A stretch of 63,974 nt of DNA, filler included, from Rhabdomonas costata (taxonomy: Eukaryota): assembly GCA_019059605.1 (NCBI GenBank). It is 54 parts of 54 records of this genome, joined end to end, with 100 filler letters (N's around TTAATTAATTAA, not from the genome) between each part and the next. Parts side by side here need not be neighbours in the genome. Positions count along the whole stretch, not along the records: positions 61,703 to 62,788 come from JAHMHO010029330.1; positions 62,889 to 63,974 come from JAHMHO010029331.1; 52 more parts are not named here. One strand, given 5' to 3'. Every line of letters starts with the position of its first letter. Position 1 is the stretch's first letter. The notes beneath the pieces were generated by a model, which was given only the letters and a program-made list of their open reading frames with translations, had not been told where the DNA came from and did not search any database. A program made the position numbers and the translations under genes. Of this stretch, positions 62,186 through 63,974 are shown in pieces.

Positions 62186-63974
62186 CTGCTTTTTTGTGCT
62201 GTGTTTAATTTATTTTTGCCGCTCGGTTTTACTGGTTTTACTGTCCCTGTGCATGTTCCATCGGATTCCATTTGTGGGGCTGCCCAGGAGGTCGCTCGCC
62301 GACAGCCTCGGCTAGCGTGCGATGACGCCTTGCTCTTTCCTCCAGTGGCTGTGCGTGCGCTAAAGCCCGTGCCACAGGGCCTTGGGACTGCGGAGAGCAC
62401 CACCCCCCCCGCACCTGTGAGTTCCGGAGCCTCGTTCGAGGCGGATTCGTCGATGAAGACAGAATTCCTACGTCCTCAGCGCTCGGTGAACTACTTTTTC
62501 TTTGGTTCTAACTCCCGTGGACGATGGACGGCGGAAATTGTTGTTTCCTTCCGAGAAATCCCACACAACCAAGTTCTGCCAAGTTCTGCATTTAGCAGAT
62601 ATTCCAGCTTACACTGCGGTGCGCAATACAAATTAGTATACCTTGAATGGGAAGACGGTTTCAAGTAAGCACACAAGTAAACAACCAGCAGTTGCACATG
62701 CTCTGAAGGCTCTGCGTATGGCAGGATGAGTTTAATGGAGGAAGGAAGAGGTCAATGACGAGGTCAATGTCCCCTCCCCCCCCCACCCNNNNNNNNNNNN
62801 NNNNNNNNNNNNNNNNNNNNNNNNNNNNNNNNTTAATTAATTAANNNNNNNNNNNNNNNNNNNNNNNNNNNNNNNNNNNNNNNNNNNNACTTCTGCTGAC
62901 TGCCCAAAACCACGCGGCAAAGACTGCAAAGGCTGAGTGTCACGACTGGATTATGCGTTGTTTCTGCCGTGCTGAAAAGAAATTGACAAAGCTCGATTGG
63001 AAATGTACTTTTTTGGGACAAAAATTCCCCAGCTGGAGCCTCTCCCCGGTTGGGTCAATGTTGGTTTTTATGCTGGGTGCCCCGTTGGAAAAGGGGCGTT
63101 TTATGCGTTGTTCAGCAACTTCAAAAGGGTCCGATTTGGCTTTAGTCGGGCAGGGGCCAAAATCAAGGCAAAAACGTGGTTTTTGGCTTAAAATGGTCAA
63201 AAATGATGAAAATGAAGCAGAGCTCAAAAACTACGGGTGTAAGTGGGGTGGAAATACCAGAAACCGGAGCTACTGGAGCTAAAAGAAAGCGAAGGCCATT
63301 CTTTACTGTGAGATAGGATTTCCTCAAATCGAGCTTGGTCGATTATAATGAATCAACGCAGTGGATCCACAGCAATGAAGCGGCAAAAGAGGGGCTGCGG
63401 AGTGTCGAAAGTGCACTATGTACAAATTCACACCGATGGCGTAGAAAGGAGCACAAGGACCATCAAACGAAAGGAGAAAAGGACAAGTTTTTTTTTGTGA
63501 AAAAGAGTGTCCTCTCGTGGCAATTCAACGAGTTCACAAGTGAACACGATAAGAGCTTTGCTGAAGGACCATCTTAAACAGACTGAAAAAAGTAGCACGG
63601 GTGGTGTGGAACATCAAGAAAATAGAGAAATAGGATGAAGGAGTAAAACCAAAACTTTTGGGAACAGAGCTCTCTAAGCGGAGCAAGAACAAAAAGGGGT
63701 CAATTATAAAGGAAAATTTTTACAAGGGAAAAATAAGATGGGAAGAATAAAAGGGTGAAAAGACCCGTCAGCACCAAAAGTGGCTCACCAAGCAGTAGCT
63801 GGGGAAATTTTTAGAAGGCGAGAAAACAAAGAGGAGAGAGCGAGAAGTATCGTTCTTTTTTCGTCAATGTGTTTGTCCCCGAACAATATCAAGCAGTAAG
63901 ATCAAGGTTTCACAAATCGTCAAAAGTTCCAGCACTTTTGTCAACCGCCACACACCCCCAACCACACCCAACAC

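Noticed and set aside
1088-62888. Regularly spaced TTAATTAATTAA repeat with unique 1.09-kb spacers (array- or cassette-like)
   Set aside because: Embedded in N runs; it is a six-frame-stop assembly linker. ORFs running into X...LIN are artefacts.
63945-63974. C/A-rich tails at most contig 3' ends and G/T-rich heads at 5' ends, resembling telomeres of nanochromosomes
   Set aside because: Aperiodic, variable, and they truncate exons mid-codon; consistent with untrimmed low-complexity tailing from a single-strand library prep, not telomerase repeats.
1-63974. Spliced-leader RNA, rRNA, intact tRNA, CRISPR array or operon-like gene cluster; most short ORFs in the supplied track
   Set aside because: No euglenid SL exon, rRNA signature or repeat-spacer array seen; neighbouring contigs are unlinked; most listed ORFs are antisense shadows or intron read-through.

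Overview
This is not one locus. The window is a concatenation of 54 unrelated contigs of about 1.08-1.09 kb, joined by 53 artificial N44-TTAATTAATTAA-N44 linkers, so adjacency across a linker means nothing. The DNA is the intron-rich nuclear genome of a non-kinetoplastid euglenozoan, most likely a euglenid: it carries a two-exon fragment of the Euglenozoa-specific ATP synthase subunit ATPTB6, class III adenylate cyclase and HAMP exons, and TTAGGG repeats. Hand splicing at GT/GC-AG sites recovers in-frame fragments of clathrin heavy chain, an AMP deaminase homologue, ProA, Hsp70/110, Sec14, a P5A ATPase, a COMT-like methylase, an arylsulfatase, a Dispatched-like RND protein, EGF and Sushi surface proteins, a DmpA/S58 peptidase, an ankyrin-ART protein and a Ty3/gypsy gag. 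The most interesting signal is that several GT-AG introns lacking a U-rich polypyrimidine tract have complementary ends that could fold the two splice sites together, while introns with strong tracts do not. Other notable items are a His-to-Asn substitution in the AMP deaminase active site, two cases of apparently interleaved antisense exons, a 320-aa tandem coding repeat with NPF/DDFW motifs, and a small dispersed repeat that forms a palindrome. Low-complexity tails and fold-back hairpins at contig ends look like library artefacts. All protein identifications are from remembered family motifs; no searches were run.
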